A stretch of 64,000 nt of DNA from Podarcis cretensis (Eukaryota). The position numbers were made by a program, and so were the translations under genes. Positions 25,205-37,085 of this stretch are shown in pieces; within the stretch, counting starts at the first letter, position 1, and every line of letters begins with the position of its first letter. The stretch covers positions 46,376,001-46,440,000 of the forward strand of contig OX638152.1 of the NCBI GenBank assembly GCA_951804945.1, written 5' to 3'. Under the pieces are notes generated by a model. The model had not been told where the DNA came from, did no database searches, and was given only the letters and a program-made list of their open reading frames with translations.

Positions 25205-25694
25205 TAAGTGCTAGCACACCAAAGAAGTACTTAAACAATCTGCATATTATTTCAGTGCTCCATTCTGGGGATTTTCACAAGTGTATCTGCACCACAGCCT
25301 TGGTCAGCCTGATGGATGACCTCTGTCTGTAGAGAGATGATAAAAGTGCAGTCCTGTTAATTCTTGATCTTTCAGTGGCTTTTGATACCATCAACCATGG
25401 TGTCTTCTTGGGAAAATCTTAATTGGTGGGACACAAGATGATACAGTGGTTCTACTCCTATCTGCATGACTGGTTCGAGAAAGTAGCATATCTGCTTAAC
25501 CATATAGCTCTGTTTTTTGTTGCATTCTGTCTTATTCCTCATGCTTATTAACATCTATATCTAGCTACTGAGTGAAGTTATCCAGGGATGTGGAGTGAAG
25601 TGATATAATTATGGTGATGACCCTCAGTTCTATTTTGCTTTGTCATATGAATAGGGCGAGGCTTTAGAGAAACTGGTGCCTGGATAGAATAATG

Positions 25695-25996
25695 CAGGGA
25701 TGTCCAACTCCCAAGAGACTGCGATCTACTTCCAGAATAAAAAACTGCCAGTGATGTACCCATTGGGGGGGGAGCCAAAGTTGTTGAGCGTTTTTAAGGG
25801 GGTGTTACACCGTAAATCACTCACCATGCAGCCTTAACTCCATCTTCTGTTTTTGCTATCATGCACAAAGGAAGGTCAGGGCGAGGGGACGGAGCCAAAT
25901 GCTCTTTTTCACCTGGGGAGGAAAGAGAGACCGCGATCGACCACAGTCACCTGGGGATCGACCTGTCAATCATGGTTGACCAGTTGGACATCCCTG
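25695..25996. mobile_element. hAT MITE nested in the L2 RT
   Basis: Perfect 15-bp TIR CAGGGATGTCCAACT ... AGTTGGACATCCCTG; 8-bp TSD GAATAATG / GAATAATA. Confidence 0.93.
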
Positions 25997-26254
25997 GAAT
26001 AATACATAAGCTGAAGATGAATCCTGTTAAAATGGAGACATTGGTGGTTCTTGGACCTGTGAAATTTGAGTTTCTTCACTTTCTGCAGAGTTGCCTTCTC
26101 CCTGAAAGAAAAGGTGCACAGCTTGGGGATACTCCTGGTGGTGGCCGTTGTGCCATGCAAAACCTTTTGCCAATTTCAACTGGTTTCCGAGCTGCAACCG
26201 TGTCTGGACAGCTTTGGTATACCCCTGTTTGAACTACCAGTGTGTCATACATAT

Positions 26255-26311
26255 AATCATAGAATCTTAGAGCTGGAAGAGACCCAAGGGTTATCTAGTC
26301 CATCCCCCTGC
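26255..26311 (-). mobile_element. CR1-type 3' tail fragment
   Basis: Reverse complement of GG..GGACTAGAT...CTTCCAGCTCTAAGATTCTATGATT. Confidence 0.75.
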
Positions 26312-26475
26312 GTGGTGCTGCTTTGAAGGCAACTTAGAAGCTTCAGTTAGTGAAGAATATGACCACCATAATGTTGATTGGTACATCTAGGTTTATGCAT
26401 ATTATGCCAGTTTGAAATGAACTTTCAATGTCTACTTATTCACTTCTTGCCCAGTTCAAGTTGCAACTACTTATA

Positions 26476-26590
26476 TAGTCGTACCTTGGTTTTCAAACAG
26501 CTTAGTTCACAAACAACTTGGAACTCGAACAGTAGGTGTTCCGGTTTGTGAACTTTGCCTCAGAAGCCGAATGTCCAGTGTGACTTCGGT
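26476..26590. mobile_element. One arm of a Tc1/mariner MITE
   Basis: TA + (T)AGTCGTACCTTGG resembles the TIR at 11016; GAACTTTGCCTCAG matches that element's internal motif; no second TIR seen. Confidence 0.55.
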
Positions 26591-26700
26591 AGAGCATGAT
26601 TCAAGCCCCATGTTGGGCAAAAGATTCCTGCATTGCAAGAGGTTGGACTAGATGACCCTCATGGTACCTTTCAACTCTACAGTTCTATTATTCTATTATT
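26590..26700 (+). mobile_element. Short tRNA-derived SINE with CR1-type tail
   Basis: GATTCAAGCCCCATGTTGGGCAAAAGATTCCTGCATTGC...GGTTGGACTAGATGACC...CAACTCTACAGTTCTATTATTCT; paralog at 57470-57587. Confidence 0.8.
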
Positions 26701-26779
26701 TTTCTTCACCCAGTCATTTTAATCTTTTGTGCATATTAAGAATTGAAGGGTTCTCTGCAGTTTGATTTTTGTACCTTGA

Positions 26780-26862
26780 GTTTGATATAATTTTCTGTAC
26801 ACTGTTCTAGAATTCTAAATAGAATGAAGGATGGTATTAAAATGTTTTAAATATAAATAAAT
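26780..26862 (+). mobile_element. L2-type 3' tail, possibly the end of the 25255 L2
   Basis: TGTACACTG...GGATGGTATTAAAATG...AAATAAA. Confidence 0.45.
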
Positions 26863-26914
26863 GTGCAATTAATAGTGATATAGTATTCTTCTTCATTAAG
26901 CTTATTAGTCATTT

Positions 26915-27260
26915 TTTTGACAATGCAACCCAAAGCAACTTTCAGCAATAAATAAATAACATAACTAAATACCATCACAAAAGTAAGCTTAGAAAAATCT
27001 AAATCACATTCATATTTTTAAAACGAGGAGTAAAGCATCCCATCTTCTAAAGGAGGCTGCAGGTAATGTAAAGCCAAAGACCTGGCAAAAGGAAGTTTTT
27101 TGGTCTGGCACCTTGAGATATTTAGTTATGGTGCGATGTGAGCTTCTTTGGGGTGACCATTCACAAGCAGAAAGCCACCACTGAAAAGACACATTCTCGT
27201 GTTGCCACCCTCTGGACTTTCCATGGAGGGGGTCACACAGAGGGTTTCAGATAAGTACTG
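26915..27260 (-). mobile_element. L2 LINE 3' fragment
   Basis: Reverse-strand L2 signature: AAAAGGAAGTTTT...GCACCTT...CATTCACAAG...GCCACCACTGAAAAGAC, with CCCAAAGCAACTTT near the tail. Confidence 0.6.
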
Positions 27261-28521
27261 ACTGTAGCACCACTTTAATGTGGAAAATCATTCATTTGAT
27301 AGCTATCTATATAAAATATTTTCTCATGGTACTTGTTTGTCAAGTAGAGGTGTTTTAAAACACATTCTCACTATTGCCTGTATGAGTTGACTCTACCTTT
27401 TCATTAACGATAAGGCTTCTTGAGACAAATTGGATCGAAGGGTGTGGGAGTACATAATAAGAAAGCATAATGAGAAATCATTGGAGAAACCGAATGAATA
27501 AAGGCCATTACTGCTTGTTTATGTTCACTGAATTAGCTGGTTAAAGAAATAATATATACATAGAATCATCAGTATCCTTTGGTATAAAATGTCAAAACTA
27601 GAGAATACTGAATATTGTTACCAGAGTTCACTAAGTAAAAGGGTATGTCATCTCATATTAATGTTTAACCTATGTAATTGTTTACATGGCCATTAATCTC
27701 ACTTGTTTCTTGCAACTACAGTGTGTTGTTTTGTCCCCTTATTAGATCTGTTACAGAAATACAGAATGTGAAAAGCAAGGGGAAAGCTCTTTACAAATTT
27801 CTTATATTAAAAAGGGCTTTTAAATAGGGATGCAGGTAAATCTAGAAGGAGAAGATAAAAGGTCAGCACAAAGATAGCTATCAGCTGTGGAAAAGAATAT
27901 TTGATAGAGGCACGACAGATCGCTGATAACTGCGATCAGAACATTGATTGTGAATAATGCAGGCAATCAAGTGAAGACTGATGGGAGAAGTTTGGGACAG
28001 CAATCGGAAGCAAGTGAACAGGCATGAGAGAATAATTACTTTAAATGTTGCTTGGAAAGATGTTAGACAAAATGCTTGGATTCTAGAAGACAGCTTCTGT
28101 CAAAAGCAAATGCCAATGACTGTAGTTTCAGGGAATGACAATTTTATTTAATGTTGAGGGGAAATGAATCACCATTTGTTTAGTTTTAACTTACCCAGCA
28201 ACATTTTGAAATCCTTCATAAAAATCTGAAATCTTTCTTTCATAGGGAGCAAAACTACTCTTGTCAATATGACATGACTTTCTCCCAGTTATCCATTTTT
28301 CATTAAAAATATGGGTTTGCTGGATATCTGACTATTAATTTGATTGCCTAACACAAAAAATCTATGAGGAATATATCTTTCTCTGCTGACTATTACTGGC
28401 TATTTAGGCAAGAAATTATGATACGAAATACAATATATATGGGGCTATTGAAAAAATACCATAGTAAAACTCATTCTTGCTGTTCTGATTAATAGAAATT
28501 TTAATGGAGACTACATTTATG

Positions 28522-28719
28522 AACAGCCAGGCACACTGACCCCATTGTGTCTGGAACCCAAAATACAAGAAACAACAAATGTTAGGGCACTGTAACTGCT
28601 AAATAAGTATTTTGACCTAGCAGAAGGTAAAGAAGAAAGATGTGTAAGATACAAAGCTAACATTTGTTGTTTCTTGTATTTTGGGTTCCAGACACAATGG
28701 GTCAGTGTGTCTGGCTGTT
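28522..28719. repeat. Local inverted duplication (63-64-bp arms, 71-bp spacer)
   Basis: 28522-28585 is the reverse complement of 28657-28719 with one substitution and one 1-nt indel. Confidence 0.95.
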
Positions 28720-28822
28720 AATTGGAAGGTTGATGGTTTGAGCCAACCCAGTGGTGGCTGGGGGCAGCATTTCTGCATCACAGGGGGCTGGACTAGATGA
28801 CCCTTCCAACTCTGCAATTCTT
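28697..28822 (+). mobile_element. tRNA-derived SINE with CR1-type tail (degenerate)
   Basis: GGCTGTTAATTGGAAGGTTGATGGTTTGAGCC head; GGGGGCTGGACTAGATGACCCTTCCAACTCTGCAATTCT tail. Confidence 0.7.
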
Positions 28823-28912
28823 TAATTCCATGGAAACATATTAGTCACCATTCAAACAAACAAACAAAAAAAAAGATTCAGGGCATAATCTATCAAAAAC
28901 TTCTGGAGGAGT

Positions 28913-29166
28913 AAAAATAATTAAAGAAATTTTAAAAAATTAAAAAATTGAAGTCTAGTAGCACCTTAGAAACCAACTGTTTGTTCTAGGTATGAGCTTT
29001 CAGAGTATCTGAAAAAGTGTGCATGCACACGAAAGCTCATACCTAGAACAAACTTAGTTGATCTCTAAGGTGCTACTAGACTATTTTTTAATTTGTTAAA
29101 TCTTTTTTAATTTTTTAATTATTTCGACTGCATCAGACCAACACAGCTACCTACCTGAATCTAGAA
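28913..29166 (+). mobile_element. Penelope-like element (PLE)-derived fold-back insertion
   Basis: ~50-bp inverted arms 28952-29001 / 29031-29082 extended by A/T tracts; hammerhead-like core between them; 12-bp TSD TTCTGGAGGAGT (28901-28912, 29167-29178). Confidence 0.8.
29005..29042 (+). ncRNA. Minimal type I hammerhead ribozyme motif, probably inactive (G8>A)
   Basis: GUAU-CUGAAAA-A-GUGUGC-AU-GCACAC-GAAA-GC-UC^AUAC: helix I GUAU/AUAC, palindromic helix II, GAAA box, UH site; core reads CUGAAAA instead of CUGANGA. Confidence 0.6.
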
Positions 29167-30024
29167 TTCTGGAGGAGTGGAAGGGTACTGAAACGGGTGT
29201 CACAGATAAAATATGTCCTCTATTCTGATTCTACCTTCTCCTATCCAGCACCACTGATGTTGGGGCAGCATCTTTGCAACTCCCACCCATGCATATCTTA
29301 GGTTCATCATCGTCCAGTATCACCATACACAATGGGTAGAGTAGAGCCACAGATAGTGGGAGGAATGTAGCAGTGGCATTACTGTCTCTCACTCAGAAAG
29401 AAACCAAATTCCCCTTTCCTGTCACCCTGGTAAAGATCACAAGCAGTTCCCCACAGGTCCTTATTCTTATGTGAACAGGAGCACCCCCGCCCCTGAAGGG
29501 GTGACCCCACCTTGATAGTTGAGCCCTGTGCCCATTGCAACTCTGTCCTATAGGAAGGCAGGCTCTGGAGCACACCCACATCTCAGCTGTATCCACTCAG
29601 CTATCAATCCAGCAATACCATGCACTGCAATCATACAGAAAGATCTCTTATCCAGGCAGGCAGCAATCACACCAAGAAAGATAAACTCCAGGCTGATGCA
29701 GGCGAAACACATGCATTATTGTTGACTGGGAACACATACTATGCAGAGGCCAGGGTGGGGCCAACCAACTCTTCCCTGCTTCAGTATGCCTTGCCAAAAG
29801 AAGCTGAGAGTAGCTTCTGGTTTTCCAGATTCTCATAACCTGGAAGTGGTTAGAAGGGATGGTGGTGACTAGCTGTAACCTCTGCCAATTAGGATTATTT
29901 CAACTATGGGGCAGTGTTTTTGATCTACTTCAGTGTTAGATGAAGTTGCATGTGTTGTGGTAGATACTCTGTTAGCACATCAGTTATTAGAATTTACTCA
30001 GATTAATAGTCTAGTCTATCTAGA

Positions 30025-30143
30025 TCAGGAGTGGCCTCTGATGTTGAATTACAACTCTCTTTATCCTTTGACAATTGGCCAAGCTGGAGGAGGTGAGAGA
30101 TGGACACCATCAACATCTGAAGGGCACAATGTTGGTTATATCT
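30025..30143. mobile_element. Degenerate hairpin hAT MITE
   Basis: GATGTTGAATTACAACTC...TGACAATTGGCCAAGCTGG...CAACATCTGAAGGGCAC pattern shared with the other copies. Confidence 0.5.
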
Positions 30144-30972
30144 AAAATATTTTTTTCTGTTATTTATGAAATGTCTTACCAAATATGTGCTATGCATATC
30201 TTAAATTCTCCAGTTGTCATTGCCAGTGTTCAGTATTTTAGAATGGCAATATTCATAAATTCAAATGTGCATGATATATATATATTAACATAAAAGGAGA
30301 AATCCTCCTTTTTAAAGTTTGAGTAAATTCTTTCTCTTCCCAAATAGCATTACACTGCTGACTTCTGACTCCTATGCCTAAAATAGATAAGTTACACCTG
30401 CATCCCATGTTTAGGTAAATGGCAACCAAATGTGAATGTCTTTTCTTTGCCCTGTTACTTTAAATACAGTGCACATTTGGATGTGGTTCCCAGTGGGAGA
30501 GATTGTTGACTTGCATCAGCACTGGGGACATGTTCCCTTTACCCCATCTCATCTGCAGCAGCAGATTAGGGAATGAATATGCATGAACAGATATGAGAAA
30601 GAAAGGAAAGTTGGAAAGGGGGCTACAACAGAGTTTGCACATCCTCAAAAGGCAACTTTTGCAACAAAAATGGAAACTCGTGGAAATTAAGTGCCAGGAT
30701 AAATAGTATTTGATGTTCTTACAAATGTAATAGACTGCGATTGCATTGTAGGTTTGCTGTGTCAGAAGTGGGGACTTGGTTTCCAAATCAGTCTGTCTGT
30801 AATATCTTTAGCTCTCTGTTTGACTGCCCTTTTTATGAAGTTTCCTGACATATTATTTTTCCAGTTTGTAATTCCTTGTTGGAGACAACCTATTTGTGGG
30901 ATCAGTAGAATTCTGTCATTTCTATTTGATAAATAGTGAACTGGTTCACTTGCTTGTTATAGGAAGAGACTC

Positions 30973-31014
<42 letters not shown>

Positions 31015-31052
31015 ATCTATCTATCTATATCTATCTATCATCTATCTATCTA
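30973..31052. repeat. (TCTA)n / GATA tetranucleotide microsatellite
   Basis: About 80 bp of TCTA units with TCA and TA interruptions. Confidence 0.97.
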
Positions 31053-33326
31053 CTAAGCCCTAATAATTAGATACCCAATATACAAGAGAAAATGCTTTAA
31101 TTTCACGTTGTGAGCCTGCCTATGTTGGCTGTCTTAAATTCTAATTTAAGTTCTATGTTTCAGTCTTTTCTAATCAGAAACACAAGGTATCTGTGTTCGA
31201 GTTTCAACAGGAAAAGAACAAATGGAAAGAGCCTCCTACTTCTAATGTAATTATTTAATGCTGCAGATAGTATTGAGAAATGCATACAGTACATATAGCT
31301 ATTGGAAATTACTACCCTGGGAAAACAAGAAGACTCTGTCTTGAATATCACCACAGACTGGGCTTCAGTGGATGGACAAAAGAATGCGGACAGTGAGGAA
31401 ACATGATCTTCCAACTTAGTCTGCCCTTCTATTCTCTTTATAGAGGAATAGAGACATGAAAACTTGATCTCTCCGGAGGGAAATTGTAGTACAAATGACA
31501 CAATAAATCCTTCTGTACCTCAAACTACTAAAGTTCCCCTAAAGAGGTGAATAAAATAAATCAGACATGCAAGCATAACACTCTTCTTTTTCTATCAATC
31601 GGGGCTTTCTTTATAAAGAAAAAGCACTGAGATGCAAAATGGTGAAAACATACTTTTTCTGGAACTTAACTGGAGTTCATTTACAGCTTTACCTAGTCTC
31701 CTTCTTACAAGGAAGAGAAAGGACTTTTCCATGCTTTCCCCAACATTTAATAGGGCAGTAATGAATAGGTTTTCACAACATTGTTAACCTTAAACACATT
31801 TCAACCTTCCCCCTCTTCCCAAAATAACTTTGTTTAATTTCAGTGAAGGTTCAAATATACTACCAAATTATACTCGTTTTAACTGTTTTGACTGTCATGG
31901 CTTCCTTCCAAGGAATCTTGGGAGCTGTAGATTTGAGACTGCCAAGAATTTGCTGTTGTAGCTTCTAGGCAGCCTTGGGTTTTAAAATAAAAGCCATGGC
32001 AGTAAACTAGTTGAAAACCTGGTGTAAAGGTTGCTGTACAAATGTAGTATAAGTATTTGGGAGGAATTTAAAATACTGTATTACCATAAGAATCACAAAA
32101 AATGAACTGAAGTGCATGATAAAACAAGCAAAATAGCATGACAAAATTAAAACAAATGTAATCTTAATCAGTAATTGTTGACAAGTGGTGCAAATTTCAG
32201 ATTGGTAAACACATTTCTTCCTTAGATGTAGTTTTAAGTATGTTCTGGATTGCAGTCCAAATCAGCACTTAACTATTACAGTCAATTAAAAATCAATTGA
32301 ATAAATAGCGTTATTCAAGTAGTGTTTGGGATGCAGGTTTATGACCTGAATTGTCTTCTAGAGCTCAGTCAGACTACTTTCAAATACCGTGTTTCAGTAT
32401 TCTTTAAAAACTCTTGAGAAATAATTTTACTCTAGACTTAAATTACCAAGAGAGCTGCAGTGCAGCGATAGTAGCAGTGCAATGTATTCTGAACTTTGAG
32501 GGTAAATAGCAAGTATGTGTACAAACTCTTTTGGGAGAGTTAAAGTTTTATTTAAGTCATTGCAAATTCAGTGTCATATGCTTTTCTGGTTTTGGCTAAT
32601 TTCTAAATGGTATTTAGATAGTATTTTCATATAGAAGCAAACTTGCTTAGTAAATAACATTCCTCTGGAAACATTGAATTTCTCAAGGTCACATTGCTGA
32701 TACCATTAAGATTCTGTAGCCTTTTAATATATACGTTTGTCTTATTCCTCACATCTGCTTCCTACCTTAGCTTAAAAATGGATAATTATGGGTAATGGTT
32801 GTGATGTACCACTCTTCCTTGAAAGCGTAATTCACACTTTCTCCTCGCTTTCTGAAAGGTATAGTTTAAGTTTTCAATTTAATCTCTGTTCATACTAAAA
32901 GCTTATTGAAAATTATCACATGGGAATTGAACTTGGAGCAAGATGGAAATACTTTAACTGCTGTTAGAAACCACTGCTGTGTCTTTCTTTATTCACTGTT
33001 CTTATGTCAAGCATGAAAGGAGGAAGGCCAGCTAAAATGGAGATGAGGGGTTGTATGATGGCACTTTGCTGAATATGAATCCTGACACAATTTGTGGAAT
33101 GAATAAAATGGTATAACAGGTATAATATGTATTTCAAAACTTATCAGAATGCATACCGAGCACTCGTATGAGTGCTTAAGGTACAAAGCTGGTTAAATTA
33201 TGAAAACTGTATAGATGATGGTGACTTAAAAAACAATTTCTTTCTAGATAATTGGTGATTAAAGTTTGTAAATACAAAACTATTCATAATTTTATAGTTT
33301 TACCCTAACTTCATAGATTAAAGATA

Positions 33327-33645
33327 GCAGACCCTCCCTATTTTCCAGGGACAGCCCTGGTTTAGAGAAGCCATCCAGGTTTCTGATTCGATCCTGGCAT
33401 GTCCTGCTTTTCCTTAGGATGTCCCTATTTTCATTGGAGAAATGTTGGAGAGTATGGTGTTCTGAAGGCAATCTGAAGACAATCCTATGGGGGTTTTTTA
33501 CGTTTAATGTTTTATTATGTTTTTATATATGCAGGAAGCTGCCCAGAATGCTGGGGCAACCCAATAAGATGTGTGGGGTATAAATAGCAAAATTATCATT
33601 ATGGAATGGAACGTCCCTATTTTCATAAGAGAAATGTTAGGGCAT
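33327..33645. mobile_element. Composite hAT/Tip100-like MITE carrying an internal L2-type tail
   Basis: 5' CAGACCCTCC; GTCCCTATTTTCAT..GAGAAATGTT occurs twice (~33421-33447 and ~33612-33638), around an L2-like tail (GGAAGCTGCCCAGA...GGGGTATAAAT). Confidence 0.6.
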
Positions 33646-36371
33646 GGGATAGCTGCAATATGGTAGGAAGCCATTTGGACCTCTGACATAGTGTGTAATT
33701 ATGTCCTTGGTACATTGGTATATGGACTCTTGGTGCACCATTCCTTTCATAAAGGGGCTGCTGTGGGTACAGGTAGCTTCCTTTGTGATTTATATTCAGG
33801 CAGTCCAAAATTAAGTTCTTCACTTTTAAAAATCTCAGGTAACAGGCCTAGGAATGCCCTCTTTGTTTGAGATTTGGATTGCTGCTGCCAGTCAGAAAAA
33901 CCAGTGCTGGATTATATGGACCATGGGTTTGACTCTATATATACCTAATTAAGGAGAAGCTGGACAACTATTAATTAGAAGTCATCACCACAGTGATGGA
34001 CAGAAACAGAGGACATGGCGTTTCCAGCAATGCATCAGATCTTCAGCTGCAACTGTCCAGGTTAGCCTTACATTGGAACTTTGAGCTCACAGTTATCAAA
34101 GTTTTAGTCGAACTGTATGCTAGCAATATGCAATCGGAAAGTGTTTCTTTCTAACATCTGTTATTGATCTGAAAATTTATATTGAGCTAATAGTCAATTT
34201 CCTATTGTTTTGCACAGCATTTCCAAGTGCTGGCTTGTGATCACTGTATAGTGTGACTGTATGGCATCCACTAGTCTTAAATGTCTCTCTGACAGTAGGC
34301 AGTGAGAGGAAGGCAGCAAAGCTTGTCAGACAGGCTGGTTTTCTAAAAAGGAAAGATATATACAGCATATGTCAACTGATCAAAAGCCTCCTGGTTTTTG
34401 ATCATTGGTGGATATAAGCGGAGTCATCCAAGCTTCCTACATTATAGTAAAATAAATGATGTTGCATTACTACTGACATAAAACGTGGACATTGTTAGAA
34501 TGCTTAATAATAAGGGAAGAAAATTAGGGCCACATTTTAGAGAGGAAATGGTCCAGTCCTTAGGCCTCTTTTTTCTTCCTTTTCTTCTCCCTTGAATGGT
34601 CTTTTCTATTTGGAAAGGCTATTGTGCTAAGAAAAAACCTTCTGTCATAATATGAACGAGCAGAAGAGAAGTGGCAGGATGTGATAGCCACTATAGATGT
34701 ATAGAGGGAAGAAAAAGGAAGCAGGGATAAAAGTTGATCAAATGGATATGATCTGAAGTGGCATGATATATTTTTGAATAGCTGCAATGAATAGTAGAAA
34801 TTGAGAAGGGGTTTCAAGATGAAAAATAGGATAACTTTGATCATGTTAATATTGAGCTGTCAGCAAGCTGTCTAGAAATGCATATTGTAGGCTGAATCTG
34901 ATATCATCAGGGAAAGTTTAATTTATTGCAGGTATGCACAGCTTTCCTAACTTTAAGCATAGGCAACCTCCACCCTGCATAACAGTCTGATTGCAGAAAG
35001 ACTGGCTCATGTTTTGAGGATACACAGTAGGAAACCTTAAAAGGTGCTGGGGGGTGAGAAGGGTTGGATTCTATGCAACGACATATGGATACGTCAGATG
35101 CTTTCATTCTTGTTTGATGGAACAAATTTTACCAGCCTGGATTTGTAACATTCCAGTGGTAAATTTTAAAAGTATATAACGCAATGTGGTAGCTAGGAGG
35201 GTGGTCTGGTTTAGCAGAAGCTGATGCAATATGTTAAGATTTCTGACCAAGTATTCCTTCAAGAGAGGAGTACTTATTTTGGTTTAAGATCCCATCATAC
35301 GTTAAAGCAGGGCTTGTTTTTTGAGATCCAACAATGAATATAAGGCAGGAGAAAGTCAGTAAAATTATTTAGCAAAAGTAAACTAGAGATGGTAATGAGA
35401 TCTTTTGTAGCCAAAAGCTATTTTCTTTTTATCCTGTTATCCACAGAAATGGAAAATAGAAATGCATGTCTTTTGTGTTTAAATCACAATTTCCAGAAGC
35501 TTAACTTCTCTGCTTTTAATTTACAAAAAGAAAGATGATGAAGAAAAATAAACACTGCTGTTACTTTAATAATGTCCTAACATTATACATTCCTCCAAGT
35601 TCATATAGGTTGTTCTGTTATCCTCTTAGTTTTCAGATCCATTCTAAAGGGTTAAAGTTAACAAAACACATTTGCCAGGACTTTGCCAGAACCTTTGATT
35701 CATCATCCTAATAAGTTTTTGTGCTTGAAGTTGATCGCAATGACACTTGACCGCTGCTGTGTGATGGAAAGATAGTAATAGGTGCAGTGGTTGCTACATG
35801 ACAGGCTTGTTTTGTTAACATCTGCCCTTTTAGTTAGAGAGAAAATATTGCTGTCAAGAAAGAAAGAAATATTTTATTGTACCCCACCCCTTTTATATGA
35901 CTGTTGAAACCTCACATTGTCCATCAAGCGGTTGATTCCTTAAGTGTGTTTTGAATTCATTGTTCCTGCTGCATAAACTGGATTCCCTGCTTTTCTGGGT
36001 ATCCCTAATAGTTAAAATCTATACCTACAGCACATTAAGATGAAAGAGATCTGATGGTGAAATATTGGTCTACTCTATGCAATAGAGCAATTACAGTTAT
36101 ATTGCTTGGGTATGATTGCGATAAGACGGAAACTTCAGTGGGGAGTGAACAGATCTAGAACTTTTCCATTTTCTAGTTTCTCACTAGTTTTCTGCTTGCC
36201 AAGATTTGGGCTTTTTTAAATGGAACTGTGCCTAACTCACTGAATAGGCTGAGAGACTGGAAAATTCTGATTACCTGAAGACTAGATAAGTAGCCCATTA
36301 AGGTGATGCAGTAGCACTTTTTAAAGATCTAGAAACCAAACTCAAACTTGGATAAGTTATTCATTGCATGT

Positions 36372-36437
36372 AGCAATGCTAAGCCATAAAATACAGCAAT
36401 GCTAAGCCATACGGCAATGCTAAGCCATAAAATACAG
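36372..36437. repeat. Short tandem triplication of GCAATGCTAAGCCATA
   Basis: Three copies; the first and third are followed by AAATACAG. Confidence 0.92.
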
Positions 36438-37085
36438 TTGTGTAAATCAGTGTGTGCAAGCTGTGTTCATGTAGCTTGAGCACCTCTACTTTCCTACTCC
36501 CGTCTTCCAGCAGGGGAACAAACTACAGAGATACTGGCTTTTTGTTATGTCCAAACCAGCAGTTAAGGTTTGCTTTGCTCAAAATAAACCATGACCTGCT
36601 GCAGGAAGGAAGGCTTCAGTTTCAATCATGAGAACACACAGCTCATGCACAAACCAGTTTGTTTAACCCTGGTTTGTAGCTTAGTGATTGTGTCAGTCTG
36701 TTTAAGGTGTGACACAGAAGGAATTCTGGATTTTACTATGGCAAGGCATCCCCCCCCCAGTAACTTGATTTATAACAGTTTAATTATGCAATTCTAAGAC
36801 ATTTTCTCATTTTTTAGTGTTATTTTTTAAATTCTCTCTTTACTAATATCCTTCACAACCATGAAAGCCAAAGCAGCTTCTTAATAATTATCATACTCAC
36901 ATTGCAGCGTTCATATTCCTAGCACACAAAGCTCACCCGATTCTGGAGACTGTCATTTTTTGTAGCAAGAGTTCCTGGGCATATAATGGTGATCTGAAGT
37001 GATGCAGTCACAGTCCATACTGGGTGCCCTTGCCTTCTGACTTGATAATGCTCTTTCACCACCCAGCCATCTGCCAACAGCTATA

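Larger units (their letters stand above)
25255..26475 (+). mobile_element. Decayed L2 LINE, reverse transcriptase and downstream ORF2 region, interrupted by nested inserts
   Basis: Colinear motif remnants: TALVSLMDDL, LILDLSVAFDTINH, WFYSYL, YGDD(P)QFY (YADD), KLKMNPVKME, SLGILL, KLQLVKN, HIMPV; many stops and frameshifts. Confidence 0.85.

Noticed and set aside
25861-26232. 123-aa ORF
   Set aside because: It is a chance fusion of MITE sequence and decayed L2 RT.
30973-31052. GATA (Bkm-like) repeat as a sex-chromosome marker
   Set aside because: A single short GATA tract is common on autosomes and says nothing about linkage.
36372-36437. Mini-CRISPR-like repeat
   Set aside because: The spacers are 1-8 bp and themselves repeated; this is simple slippage duplication.
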